From contig NC_045697.1 in NCBI RefSeq assembly GCF_009834535.1, forward strand, positions 113,586,001 through 113,650,000: a DNA stretch of 64,000 nucleotides, given 5' to 3'. This DNA is from Camelus ferus. Its lineage: Eukaryota. Position numbers and translations under genes: made by a program. The notes under the pieces were generated by a model. It did not search any database. It had not been told where the DNA came from and worked only from the letters and a program-made list of their open reading frames with translations. Positions 50,645 through 62,200 of this stretch are shown here, piece after piece; within the stretch, counting starts at the first letter, position 1; every line of letters begins with the position of its first letter.

Positions 50645-52468
50645 GTATACCTGTTTATCTCCCACTGAACTGAATTATAAGACATAGGCAGAATCTATGG
50701 GCAGCATTTGAAAACTCAGGAAGGAAAGTATCAGTAGCCGGATTGGCAAAAGAAGACCAGAATTCAGAGTGTCACCAAACTACTGGTGAGTTTACCTTTT
50801 CTGATTACATCCCCAAGCTTTAACTGAACCACAATATCATCTGAAACCCAGGTGTGACAAATGTGTGTGATGAAAACAGAGAAAGACCTAGGAGAAACCT
50901 TCTAATTCTGTAGTTTATTACGTGGGAAAGGAACTCCTAAAGCTTAAAAGACTGGAGGAATTCCTTTTTTATTGTCTCTCTTTCTTCTGTCATTTCATAC
51001 TCTAACTAGATGTTGGCAGCCAGAAAGGGAGACTTACAGTCTCAAAATTATGAGATCAGGGAACATTTCTCTCCAAAAGGAAGGGTCAAAATCCATTGTT
51101 TTAGTTGTTTTTTACCCCATTGTTCTTTAGAAGTGGGTAATGTTTGCCTAGAGGACCATGAAGGGGAACTTACGGAACTGCAAATGTTGGAGAGGCCATG
51201 GGAAGGTGAAGCTTGAGAAAATGATCTATTAAGGTGTTTCAAAACTCCTGGACTTACTACTAAATTGTACATACCTGGGTATACTCTTAATTATCCAACA
51301 AAGGCTTTGAAAACTCAACTAATGGGTAGAGTCCTGCTTGGTCCCAGAATGAGCAGTACTGGGTGGCAGAAATATGAAACAAACTCAAATAGCTTGGCAA
51401 ACTATTTGAAAACGGAATTGACATTGGGTCCATAGCCCACAGATCACTAAAACGAAATGATCAACATTCTTCCTGGGATATAAACAGGAGTCCAAACCTA
51501 ATGCAATATGAAAAATATGCAGAATACAAACTAAAATTACTCAGCATAGAAGAACCATGAAAACCTCAACCCACATGAAAAATTAAATCCAAAGCCACCA
51601 AAGATGAGATGATGTAAACATTGAATTATGTGACAAGGATTTTACTGCAGGTATGATGAAAATTGAAACGTTGTTGAAGAAAATATTAAAATATAAAGTA
51701 TTAGCAAAAACCAAAATTAAGAAGAATCAAAAGGAAATTTTAGAACTGAAAATCACAATAACTGATATGAAAATATTTGGAATCATATTGGTTGAAAACT
51801 TCCCAAGTTTGTCAAAAGACATAAGCCAAAAGAATCAAGAAGCTGAGTAAATCCCAAATAGGATAGATCCAAAGAAATCCATGCTCAGATGCATTGTTCA
51901 CAATTACTCAAAACAGAGAAAAAATCTTTAAAGTATCTAGAAAAAAATGATACATTGCTCCTAGGGGTATAAAAACTCAAATAACTGCAGACTTCTCATC
52001 AGAGACTATGGAGGTCAGAAAAAGTGGCAAATTTTTTTTTTTTTCAAAGTCTTACAAGAAAATTGCTATCAACCCCAGAATTCTATATCTAGGGAAAATA
52101 TCCATCAAGAATGAGAGTGACATAGAGACACTTGCAGATGAAAGCAAGCTAAGCTTTCAACAGAAGGGAAGTCAGACAGTTTGGAAGGTCAGGAATGAAT
52201 AAAGACTGATAGAAATTGCAAATACCTACATAAATATCATAGCCTTTTCTAATCTTGAGTTCTTTAAAACCTGTCTGAGGGTAGATAGCCAAGCATGTAA
52301 CACTGTCTGATGGTGTTTTTGTTGCATGCAGATTTGACAGATACGGCAGCTGCAGCATAAAGAGAAAAAATAAAGGGATATTTGTGTTTGATAGAGTTTC
52401 TGCAATACAGCTGAAGTGGTTAAGGGTGCATTTTGCAGTCAATAAAGCAACCAGTATGTGTGGGTGAG

Positions 52469-52472
52469 ACAC

Positions 52473-52505
<33 letters not shown>

Positions 52506-52506
52506 A

Positions 52507-52553
<47 letters not shown>
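52469..52553. repeat. Interrupted (CA)n microsatellite
   Basis: Directly visible, with three AAAC interruptions. Confidence 0.98.
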
Positions 52554-52556
<3 letters not shown>

Positions 52557-53045
52557 GACCCAAAGAAGACATGGAACGGAAAACACAGTAACTAAAAGCA
52601 GAGGAAAAAAACAGAAAACAAATAAGGTCCAAAAGTCAAATGTATAAATAACATTAAATATAAATGATTAAACACACAGATAATAATAGAGATTGTTGTA
52701 CTAGATTAAATACACCCCAACTATATTCTGTCTATAAGGTACAAATTGTCAATATCAGGAATAAAACAGGGTATACATACATCATGCCCCCTAGAAATTT
52801 AAAGCATAATAAAAGGAAACATAAATTCAAACATTTTGATGAAAAGGGCTAATTACACTAAAAGGACAATCTAAAAACCCACCAAAGGTTAAATAGCCCG
52901 TAGCCATGTAACTATTAAAGAAATTGAATTTTAATTAATTATTTTTCAAAAACAAATCTCCAGGTCCACAAGTGTTTCTATAAATATTAGCAAAGATGTA
53001 AAGAAATACCATAAATTTTCATAATTTCTCCCAGGAAACAGAAGT

Positions 53046-53625
53046 GTGTACTAGTTTCCTTCTGTTCTGTAGCAGTCATCCCAAACCTAGTGGCTCAAAA
53101 CGACAGCCATTTGTTATGCTACAGTTTCTGTAGGTCAGAATTCCAGTTACTGCACAGTGGGGTTCATTGCTCAGAGTCTCACAAGGGTAAAATCAACGTG
53201 CCACCTAAGAGTGTTATGTCATCTGAGATTCGGAGTCCTTTCCAGCCAGAGGTTGTAAGATTGGGGTCTTCAGCTCCTCACAGACCCCTGTCAGTCCCTG
53301 CCATGTGACCCTGCCGAAACAAGGGAATTTGTTCCTCCAACCTTCAAGTCCAAGAAGAGAATCCTCCCTTCCCCTGCCTTCCTCATCTTTCTGACAATAA
53401 TGAAGATCGGACCTGATTAGGTCAAATTTACCCAGGATAATCTCCCTGTGGTGGCTCAGAATCTAGTGATTAGGCATGTTAATTACATTGGCAAAATCCC
53501 TTGGCCACGTAAGGTACCATGGGAGTTATAATCCATCGTCTCCACAAGTCCTGCTCACACCCCAAAAGAGGGGATTATCCACAGTGTGTACACGAAAGGG
53601 AAACCTTGGGCTCATCTTAAAATCC
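53046..53625 (-). mobile_element. MaLR LTR, MLT1E-like, inserted in L1
   Basis: 'acagtttctgtaggtcagaattccag', 'gattaggtcaaatttacccaggataatctccct', 'gggctcatcttaaaatcctg'. Confidence 0.85.
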
Positions 53626-54379
53626 TGTAAAAACAGATCACATCCCATTTTATCACATAAACTGCCAATCCCACTCCTGGCCACTTACCCGAGAGAAAGG
53701 AGACATTTCCTTCATACAAAAACCTGCCTATGATCATTTATAGAAACTTTATTAATAATAGCCCCAAACTAGAAACAACTAAGTGATCTTCATCAGTGAG
53801 GGAATAAACAATGCCTGGTAACTCTATTTAACGGGATAATAATCAATGAGGAAAATGAAACAAACTATTGATACATACAATGACTTGGAAGAATTTTAAA
53901 GGTATAACACTGAATGAAAAAGCCAGTCTTAACAGGTTACGTATTATATAAGTCCATTTATAGGACATTTCTTGAAAAGACAAAATATAGTGATTGAGAG
54001 CAGGTCAGTTGATGCCAAGTTACAGATGGGGTGCATGTGACTGAAAAGAGATCACCTGAAAGAGGTTTAGGAGGATGATGGGTATGTTCTGTATCCCGAC
54101 TGTGGAGGTGGTTACACAAATATGTGTATGTGTTCAAATAGATACATACACCAAAAAAAGAAAACCTTAAAAAAAAATAGGATTACTGCATTGTGTCGAC
54201 TCTTATTTTGTGGTTGGCGTTATTCCTTTGGTAACTACGTAAGTTTAAAAAGCTAAAGCTCTAAACTGCTCTTAGAAACAATAAACAGTACATATATGTA
54301 AATTTTAAAACGATTTTCTCTCTCAGTGAATTACTCTTCTTAGAATAAACGTTGCTTACACTAAAAAAACTAGTGTACA

Positions 54380-56520
54380 ATTTAAAATAAGGTTTTCTGT
54401 GCTTCTTTGGTTCATTTTCTATTCCAGACTTGAAATCAGTCATTTCTCTAAAAAGGCTTGTTTCATTTTACTAGGAAATGCCACTTCAATCCGGCTGACG
54501 GAGACAATCACTGGGTATGTTCCTAAATCTTTTATGTGGACAGAGCTGGGAAGGCTTTTTTTTAAATATAAAATACATTCTTTTTTTGAGATAAAATACA
54601 TTGTGAGTTCAAATAGCTATTCCCAATTTAAATTCTAGACTCCGTAGTATTTACATAACTCTTCCATTCATAACTTTTATTCCTTTTCTCCCACCCAAAA
54701 AAAAAAAAAAAAATAAGACTTCTTAAGGACCAGGGGGAGATATTACAAAAATATTATATAATTATTTTTTGCTTTTTTCTACATTACACATTACACAGAA
54801 TGGCAACACAAACTCATCCATTTGATTACTGCACATATTATTAAATGTTTTTAAATTGTATTTATCTTATTTTAAATTTAAGTATAGCTAAAGCCATTAT
54901 ATAATCTCTCCTTTTTTTGTTCCTAATTTATTTTATTCTACACGTGAATATGTATCTAATATTAACCACTTTATGTCAATAATTCTTTAATCATTGTAAT
55001 TATCAAGTGCTCATTCCCTGAAAGATTTCTGGGAAATACATTCCCTGAAAATGTGCATGTTGAAGACAGTTTATCTGCACTGTTTATACTTGAAAAGCAG
55101 TTTAGGTGGAAATAAAACCTTTGACTGATTGTCTTTTTTGTAAGTATCATAAAGATGTTCCTCAGCTTACTTTGTTCTTCTACTGGATTTTCTCACCCTT
55201 CCAACTCACTTCTTTGTTCACCTCTTTGCTGGAAGGATTTTTCTTCTCTATTCCTTTCCAAAATTTACTAGAATATTTCTTAATGTTAGGCATTATGGGT
55301 AGATTTTTCCAGGTATGTGCTTCCTTCTTTAGAATGGGGTTTCCAATCTTCTTTTATTCTGCTTTCACAAATTTTTGAAACTTTTAGTTCTGATCTGGTT
55401 ACTTGCTTTCCCCCCTTGCTCTGGTATTCCTAATGTATGGATGGAATTTGGATATATGCTTTGCTTGTCTTCAATAATTTTCATTTTCAGCTAATTTATT
55501 TCTTCAGTTCCTTATTGTATACTAAATGTTTCATCCTTTTTCTTCCACTTAAAATTTTTTTAAATTATATTTATTTTTTGTTTCTCTTTTTTTTGGAGGT
55601 GTGTGAAGTAATTAGGTATTTATTTGTTTATTTTAATGGAGGTACTGGGGATTGAACCCAGGACCTCGTGCATGCTAAGCACATGCTCTACCACTGAGCT
55701 ATACCCTGCCAGCCTCATTTTTTCAACTTTTTAATGCATAATCTGTGTGTATTTGTTTTTATGTTATCTCTAGTTTACACTTTTGTCTTAATTTTTAATA
55801 GGAATATTCCATGGGATTCAATTTCATCGCTTTTCTGTTTTTCATTTGTATGCAAAATTACTTCCCTGAACTTTTAGACAGAAGACATGATACGATTTTT
55901 GTCTAATTTCGTAACTCTAGAGTTTCCTCTTCTGTAAAGTTTTTAATATATGTGGCTTTTTTTCTTTTTTTTTTGAGACTTCCTGGCTCTGTTCCCTTCC
56001 CCATTTTATCCGGATCTTCTTTTTCCTGTCTCTGCTGTCCCACTGTGTGACACTTGGAATCTATTTTTAGCAGTTTTTCCTAAGAATGGAGCTTTTTCCT
56101 GGAAGTGGGCTGTGGCTAGTTGGCTCGGAGAGTTAGGAGGCACAAAGTGCTTGAATCTCCTTTAAACCCCATCAGAGCCCTCTGTCCCTACCTGCTGTTG
56201 GAATGTGCTAACCCCTTACAGTTTTCAAATCAACTAACAAGAGTTTTTGAGTGACTGGTAGTTATCCTGAAAAATGAGGTCTCTCAGATGGCCCAGCACT
56301 TCCTGCTGTTTCCTCGTGTACAAACAGTGATTTCACAAAGTTTTTGTAGTTGTTGATGGTTCATTTCCTTCCAATCATATTTTGTGTTACATGAGACTAT
56401 TTTTCCTCCTAATACGTTTGTATGCATTTTCCATGAGTTATTGTTTGTTCTGGCTTGTTTGTCCAGGTTGTTCTGTTTGATTTTTTTGGAGGATTTAGAC
56501 AATTTCAAAAACTGTATCAC
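54380..56520 (-). mobile_element. Ancient L1 fragments (L1MC4-like 3' end and ORF1/5' fossil)
   Basis: 'gaaatcagtcatttctctaaaaaggcttgtttcattttactagg' resembles the L1MC 3' end in antisense; degraded ORF1-like sequence follows. Confidence 0.55.
55553..55710 (-). mobile_element. tRNA-derived SINE, Vic-1-like, full length
   Basis: Minus strand GGCAGGGTATAGCTCAGTGGTAGAGCATGTGCTTAGCATGCACGAGGTCCTGGGTTCAATCCCCAGTACCTCCATT; intact A box and B box (GGTTCAATCC); A-rich tail. Confidence 0.95.
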
Positions 56521-56869
56521 TGCTCCTGCTTTCTTGCCTGAATCCCATTTTCAAGAAGATTCTGTTCAAGTACTTCCACCTTTGTCCTTGACCTTACTAT
56601 AGTCCAAATTAGCTCTAGCATCAGGGTCACTGTGGACTCTTCTGCTTCTTGTGTATGCATAACTTAGCAGTAATTTGTTGAGTGACATCTCAAACCCAGG
56701 TTCTTTTCGAGGTGTTAGCAGAATAAAGAAATAATTTATGACACCTATCCTTGCCCCCAGGTCAAGGGTATGTGAGGGTGGAAGCATTAAGAAATATTTG
56801 TAACACACTATGTTAAATGTACATAGGCTCTTTTCACTTCACCTACCTAGTCACTCCCTTTCTTTCTGA

Positions 56870-57145
56870 ATTCAGGGCTCATTGCAGACACCAGCTCTTC
56901 TCTGGAAATCTCTTCGCAAGCCTTTCTTCACACACCTCATCGCTACCAGCCCCAAAGGTACACTATGTAGTTAGGCTTCTAGTCACTATTTCTCTTTTTT
57001 TTGGAGAGAACATGACCTATAAATTCTACATATCTGTCTTCTCTCACTGTTAGAATTTGGGTTTTCTTAAAGCATTTTTTAAAATATCTCCAACACAATA
57101 AAATGTGTGCCACGTAGCTGTTGATAATATCTCCTGAACGAATGA
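56870..57145 (+). mobile_element. L2 3' end
   Basis: 'atctgtcttctctcactgttagaat...gtgccacgtagctgttgataatatctcctgaacgaatga'. Confidence 0.7.
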
Positions 57146-57617
57146 TTTAAATAGATGAAAATAATGTTAAAACAGGAGGAAATAAATAATTCCATTCTAG
57201 AAATTAAAGAAATTTTATAGAGAAGGTACATTTGATCTGGGCCTCGAAATCTGGAATTAATCAATTGGCTTTAGGGGAATCAAAAGGGGAACGTTTTCTT
57301 TCTAATCATTATCTTCCTCCAGAGGTTATGCATTTTATTTCTTAACTAGGGTTTGAATTCATTATAAATGAATCTTCTCTATGGACCGGCTCCCCAGTAA
57401 ACTCAGTAAACTAAATAAATGTCCTAAAGCAACTCTTAAGTGACATATCCCTGCTTTTAGAGTTCAAAACTCAGTGAAACTATGAATATACTATTCATAT
57501 ATTCACTAACTATGAATATACTATTAGGAAAAGTTGACTCTTGTCAAGAACCATTTGTGGGAATCTGCAGTTAATTCTGTGACTGGAATGATGTAATTAT
57601 GAGCAGCTATAGTCATT

Positions 57618-57649
57618 TCACACACACACACACACACACACGCACACAT

Positions 57650-57684
<35 letters not shown>
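57618..57684. repeat. (CA)n microsatellite
   Basis: Directly visible. Confidence 0.97.
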
Positions 57685-58719
57685 AATTCCTTTTAAGCTC
57701 TCAATTTCTTGAGTCCTTTCTGGTTTTTAAAGGCTAACTTCATTTTTACCCCAAATGGCTCCAAGCCATTATATTTTTCCTTCACAATATCTCTAAATGG
57801 CTTCTCATTTTCCCTTTAGACTTTTCTCCTTATTGACCAGTGCCTTCTCATTCTTTCTCTCTAAACTAAACATGAAAAAGTCATTTTAAAAAGTTTTGTG
57901 CTTTATACTTTCATATATTGAATCATTTTTTGCCAAGATCACTCCATGTGAACCTTTTTCTAACTCAGAGACTTGCCTAGGTGGCTGTTTTTTCTTTATA
58001 AACCGTTACTTACTGATTCAATATAAGTCTAATTATATTTGACACAAAGGCAAGTCTTAACTTTTGAGTATTCAAAAGCCTATGACGATTAATTTAGAAT
58101 GGAATTGCAAACCCATGGCTCTATAATTCTATAACCTTTAAATATACTTAGAAAGCTTATCAGAATCAGATATAAAGTATTTTTAAACTACATTCACATT
58201 GCTACCACTTAATCCTCCTTCACCTAACCACATGCATTCAAATGTATGCTCTTCTGAATAGGATCAGAAGCCAAAAAATATTGTTGAGACTTTTTACATC
58301 CCTCATCAAACCTGGATACAAAAAGACTGAGAACGGTGGTGTAGGATGTGCATCCAAGAGCTGGAAATTTCCACTCTGATTTACATGTAATCCTTAAACC
58401 ATAATAGCATTCTGTGTGTACATAGGTGCATGTATTTTCTGACGTTTGCAAAACAATCATGGGATTCCCTGTGTCCCCTGAAAGTTAAATTCACTGCAAA
58501 GCATAACAAGAAAAGAAACACCCACATTATTTCAGAAATGCCTTTTTATATGTTTATCTAAATATGTTTAAATATATTGTTTATTAAAGAGTCATGAACA
58601 TAAAAAGGTATGCTAAATGAGAGCTGTGATGAACCTTTTAATGTATAATTTAGCAAAAAAGTATTCTTAGTCACTGAATGCATTGTCTGATTTAAAAGTT
58701 ACATCAGCTATTTCAGGTG

Positions 58720-58850
58720 GATAGTATTATTATTTTTTAACCAGTGAGAACACTAAAATTATAAAGTTTAATTAAGCAACTCAAGGTCATGTAACTAGTA
58801 AACTGGAGTAAAAGATTTGAACTCATGCCTAGTTTATCACGTGGCTCTTT
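58720..58850 (-). mobile_element. MIR
   Basis: 'gtgagaacactaaa...aagcaactcaaggtcatgtaactagtaaactggag...gatttgaactcatgc'. Confidence 0.75.
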
Positions 58851-59289
58851 CCGCAATAACGTGCTATTTGTGTGTGTAATACGCTGTGTAATTCAATGAT
58901 TGAGGATAGTTCAATCCATAAATCCAGACCCCAAATTCCTAAAGTGAAGTAAAACTTGCTTCACTTGGTTGATTCATTCAAAATTAGTCTCATGAAGTGC
59001 TCTGCAAAAAAACAAAGAAAACTAAGGTTTATGTTACAAAAATATTTTACTACTCTATCACCAAGCACTTCCCAAAGTGTTGTATTCACAAAGCATTTTT
59101 GTTAGAATGTGTATTACATACTAGTAATCCCAAATAGCTAGACATTCCTTGGAAAATATTGTGTGAGATTAGACACTTACCTGCTTCACTGAATTACCCT
59201 TATCTTGATGTTCTGTCCAGTTAGTACTACTCTATGATGTTCACCCAAACGTTCTCATTTTAGGAGCTGTAGTTGAGAATGACACCCTC

Positions 59290-62200
59290 TAAACCCCTCT
59301 TCCTCTGATAAACACTAATATATCTGTATCTATACATTTGCTTTTGTTTTATCTTGTTTTTTTTTAGATTTGACATATGGGTAAAATCATATAATATTTG
59401 CCCTTCTTTATATGACTTATTTCACATAGCAAAATACTTTCAAGATACATTCATCTCCCAAATGGGAGGATTTCAGTCTTTTTTATGGCTGAGTAGTATT
59501 CCATTGTGTTTATATACCTCATCTTTTTTATTCATCCATCCATACTGGACATGTATGGTGCTTCTGTATCCTGGCAATTGTAAATAATGCTGCAATGAAT
59601 ATAGACTGCATATATCTTTTCATTTTCTTGTGTGTGTGTGTGTGTGTGTGTGTTTAATTTTCATTTGCTTACTGAAATGTAGTTGATTTACAATGTTTCA
59701 GATGTACAGCAAAGTGATTCAGTTATACATATATATAAATTTATATTATTTTTCAGATTCTTTCCCAGTATAGGTTATTGCAAGATATTGAATATAGTTC
59801 CCTGTGCTACAAAGTAGGTCCTTGTTGTTTATTTATTTTATATACAGTAGTGTGCATATGTTAATCCCAAATTCCAAATTCATCCTTCCCCTCCCTTTTC
59901 CCTTTGGTATATTTTTTTCAAATTTATACTTTCATAGTCTTCAGATAAATACCCAGAAATAGAATAACCAGGTCATATAATAGTTCTATTCTTCATTTTT
60001 TGAGCAATCTCCATACTGTTTCCCATAGAGACTGCACCAATTTACAGTAGCAACTGTGTGGGGATTCCTTTTTCTCCACATCCTCTTCAATATCTGTTAT
60101 TTATTGTGTTTTTCATAATAGCCATTCTATCATATGTGAGGTGATATTTCATTGTGATTTGCATTTCCATAATGACTACTAATGTTGAACATCCTTTCAT
60201 GTGCCTGTTGGCTATCTGTATATCTTCTCTGGGAAAATGACTATTCAGAACCTTTGCCCATGTTTGAGTTGTACTGAGTTCTTTATATATTTTAGATATT
60301 AACCCCTTATTGGACTGCATGATCTGTAAATATCTTCTCCAAGTCTGTAGGATGTCTTTTTGTCTTGAGATGGTCCCTTTCACTGTGCAGAAGCTTTTTA
60401 GTGTGATGAGTCCCATTTGTTTATTTTTGCTGTTGCTTTTGGAGTCAGATCCACAAAAGCATCATTAAGGTAGATGTCAGTGAAGTTAACATCTGTGTTT
60501 TCTCCTGGGAATTTTTTGGTCTCAGATCTTACATTTAAGACTTTATTTCTTTCAGAGTTAATTTTGGTATATGGTATTAAGATAGCTGTCTAGTTTCATT
60601 CATTTGCATGGTGCTGCCTAGTTTTCTCAACACCATTTACCAAAGAGAGTCCCATTTTTCCATTGCATGATTGCTAATGTGTCAAAAATTAATTGGCCAT
60701 GGGTGTGGATTTATTTCTAGGCTGTGTATGTTGTTCCATTGATTTGTGTGTCTGTGTTTGAGCCAGTTTGTGATTACTACTAGCTTTGTGCTATAGTTTA
60801 AAATCAGGGAATGTGATACTGCAGGTTTGTTCTTTCTCAAGATTGTTTTGACTATTTGTGATCTTTTGTGGCTCCATAAAAATTTTTAGAACTATTTGTT
60901 CCAGTTCTATGAAATATGTCATTGAAATATTTATAGAGATTGGATTGAATCTGTACATTTCTTTGGTAGCTGTGGACATTTTAACAATATGAATTATTTC
61001 AATCCACGAGCATGGAATATATTTTCATTTACTTGTGTCTTCTTCAATTTTGTTCCCTAGTGTCTTAAAATTTTGGGTATATAGGTATTTTACTGCCTTG
61101 GTTACATTTATTCCTAGCTGTTTTATTCTTTTTGATGCAATTGTAAATTGATTATTTTCTTAATTTTTCTTTTAACAGTTTTACCTTTTCCTTTCCAATT
61201 TAGATGCCTTTTTCTTTTTCTTTTCTAAATGCTGTGGCTAGGACTTCCAATATAGTGTGGAATAAAAGTGATGAGAGCGGGCACCCTTGTCTTGTTCCTG
61301 ATCTTAGAGAAAAAGCTTTCAGATTTTCACTGAGGATGATGGTAGCTATGGGATTGTCATATATGGCCTTTATTATACTGAAGTATACACTCCTTCTATA
61401 CCTATTTTTGAAGTTTTTTAACCATAAATGTATGTTGAATCTTGTCAAATGGTTTTTCCACATCAATTGAAATAATCATATGATTTTTATCCTTCATTTT
61501 GTTAACGTGCTATTTCATGTTGATTGATTTGCAGATATTGAATCATCTTTGCATCCTTGGCATAAATACCACTTGATCATGGTGTATGATTTCTTTAATG
61601 TATTGTTGGATTTGGTTTGCTAATACTTTGTTGAGAATTTTTGCGTCTATGCTCATCAGCAATATTAATACCTATTTTCCTTGTCTGGTTTTCTATAGGG
61701 TAACATTTGTTTCATAAACTGTGTTTGGGAAGTGTTCCTTCTCTTTAGGTTTTTTTTTTTTTTTTTTTGAAGAGTTTGATAAAATACATATTAAATCTCT
61801 TTTGAATGTTTTATAAAATTTACTAGTGAAGTCTTCTGGTCCTGAAGTTTTTCTTCTTGGGAAATTTTTGATTACTGTTTCAAGTTCCTTACTAGCAATT
61901 GGTCTGTTTAGATTTTCTATTTCCTTCATGATTCAGTTTTGAAAAATTGTGTTTCTAGGAATTTATCCATTTCTTCTAGGTTGTTCAATTACTTTGTGTA
62001 TAACTGTTTTAGTAGCTCTTATGATCCTATGTATTTCTGTGGTATCAGTTGTAACTTCTCCTCTTTCACTTCTGATTTCATTTGAGTTCTCTCTTTTTCT
62101 TGGTTAGTCTAGCTAAATGTTCGTTGACTTTGTTTATATTTTTAAAGAACCAACTCTTAGTTCCATCAAACTTTTCTATACTTTTTAGTCTTTATAATTT

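Larger units (their letters stand above)
50650..54177 (+). mobile_element. Old (L1MC/MD-like) L1 with 5'UTR, ORF1 remnant, largely deleted ORF2 and 3' end
   Basis: ORF1-like translations 'NQKEILELKITIT', 'ENFPSLSKDI', 'NPRILYLGKISIKNE'; 3' end 'gttctgtatcccgactgtggaggtggttacaca' plus an A tail. Confidence 0.8.

Noticed and set aside
52149..52632. Cys/Val-rich ORFs
   Set aside because: Translations of the (CA)n microsatellite.
55640..55710. tRNA-like sequence with A and B boxes
   Set aside because: It is the head of a SINE with tail and paralogs, not a tRNA gene.
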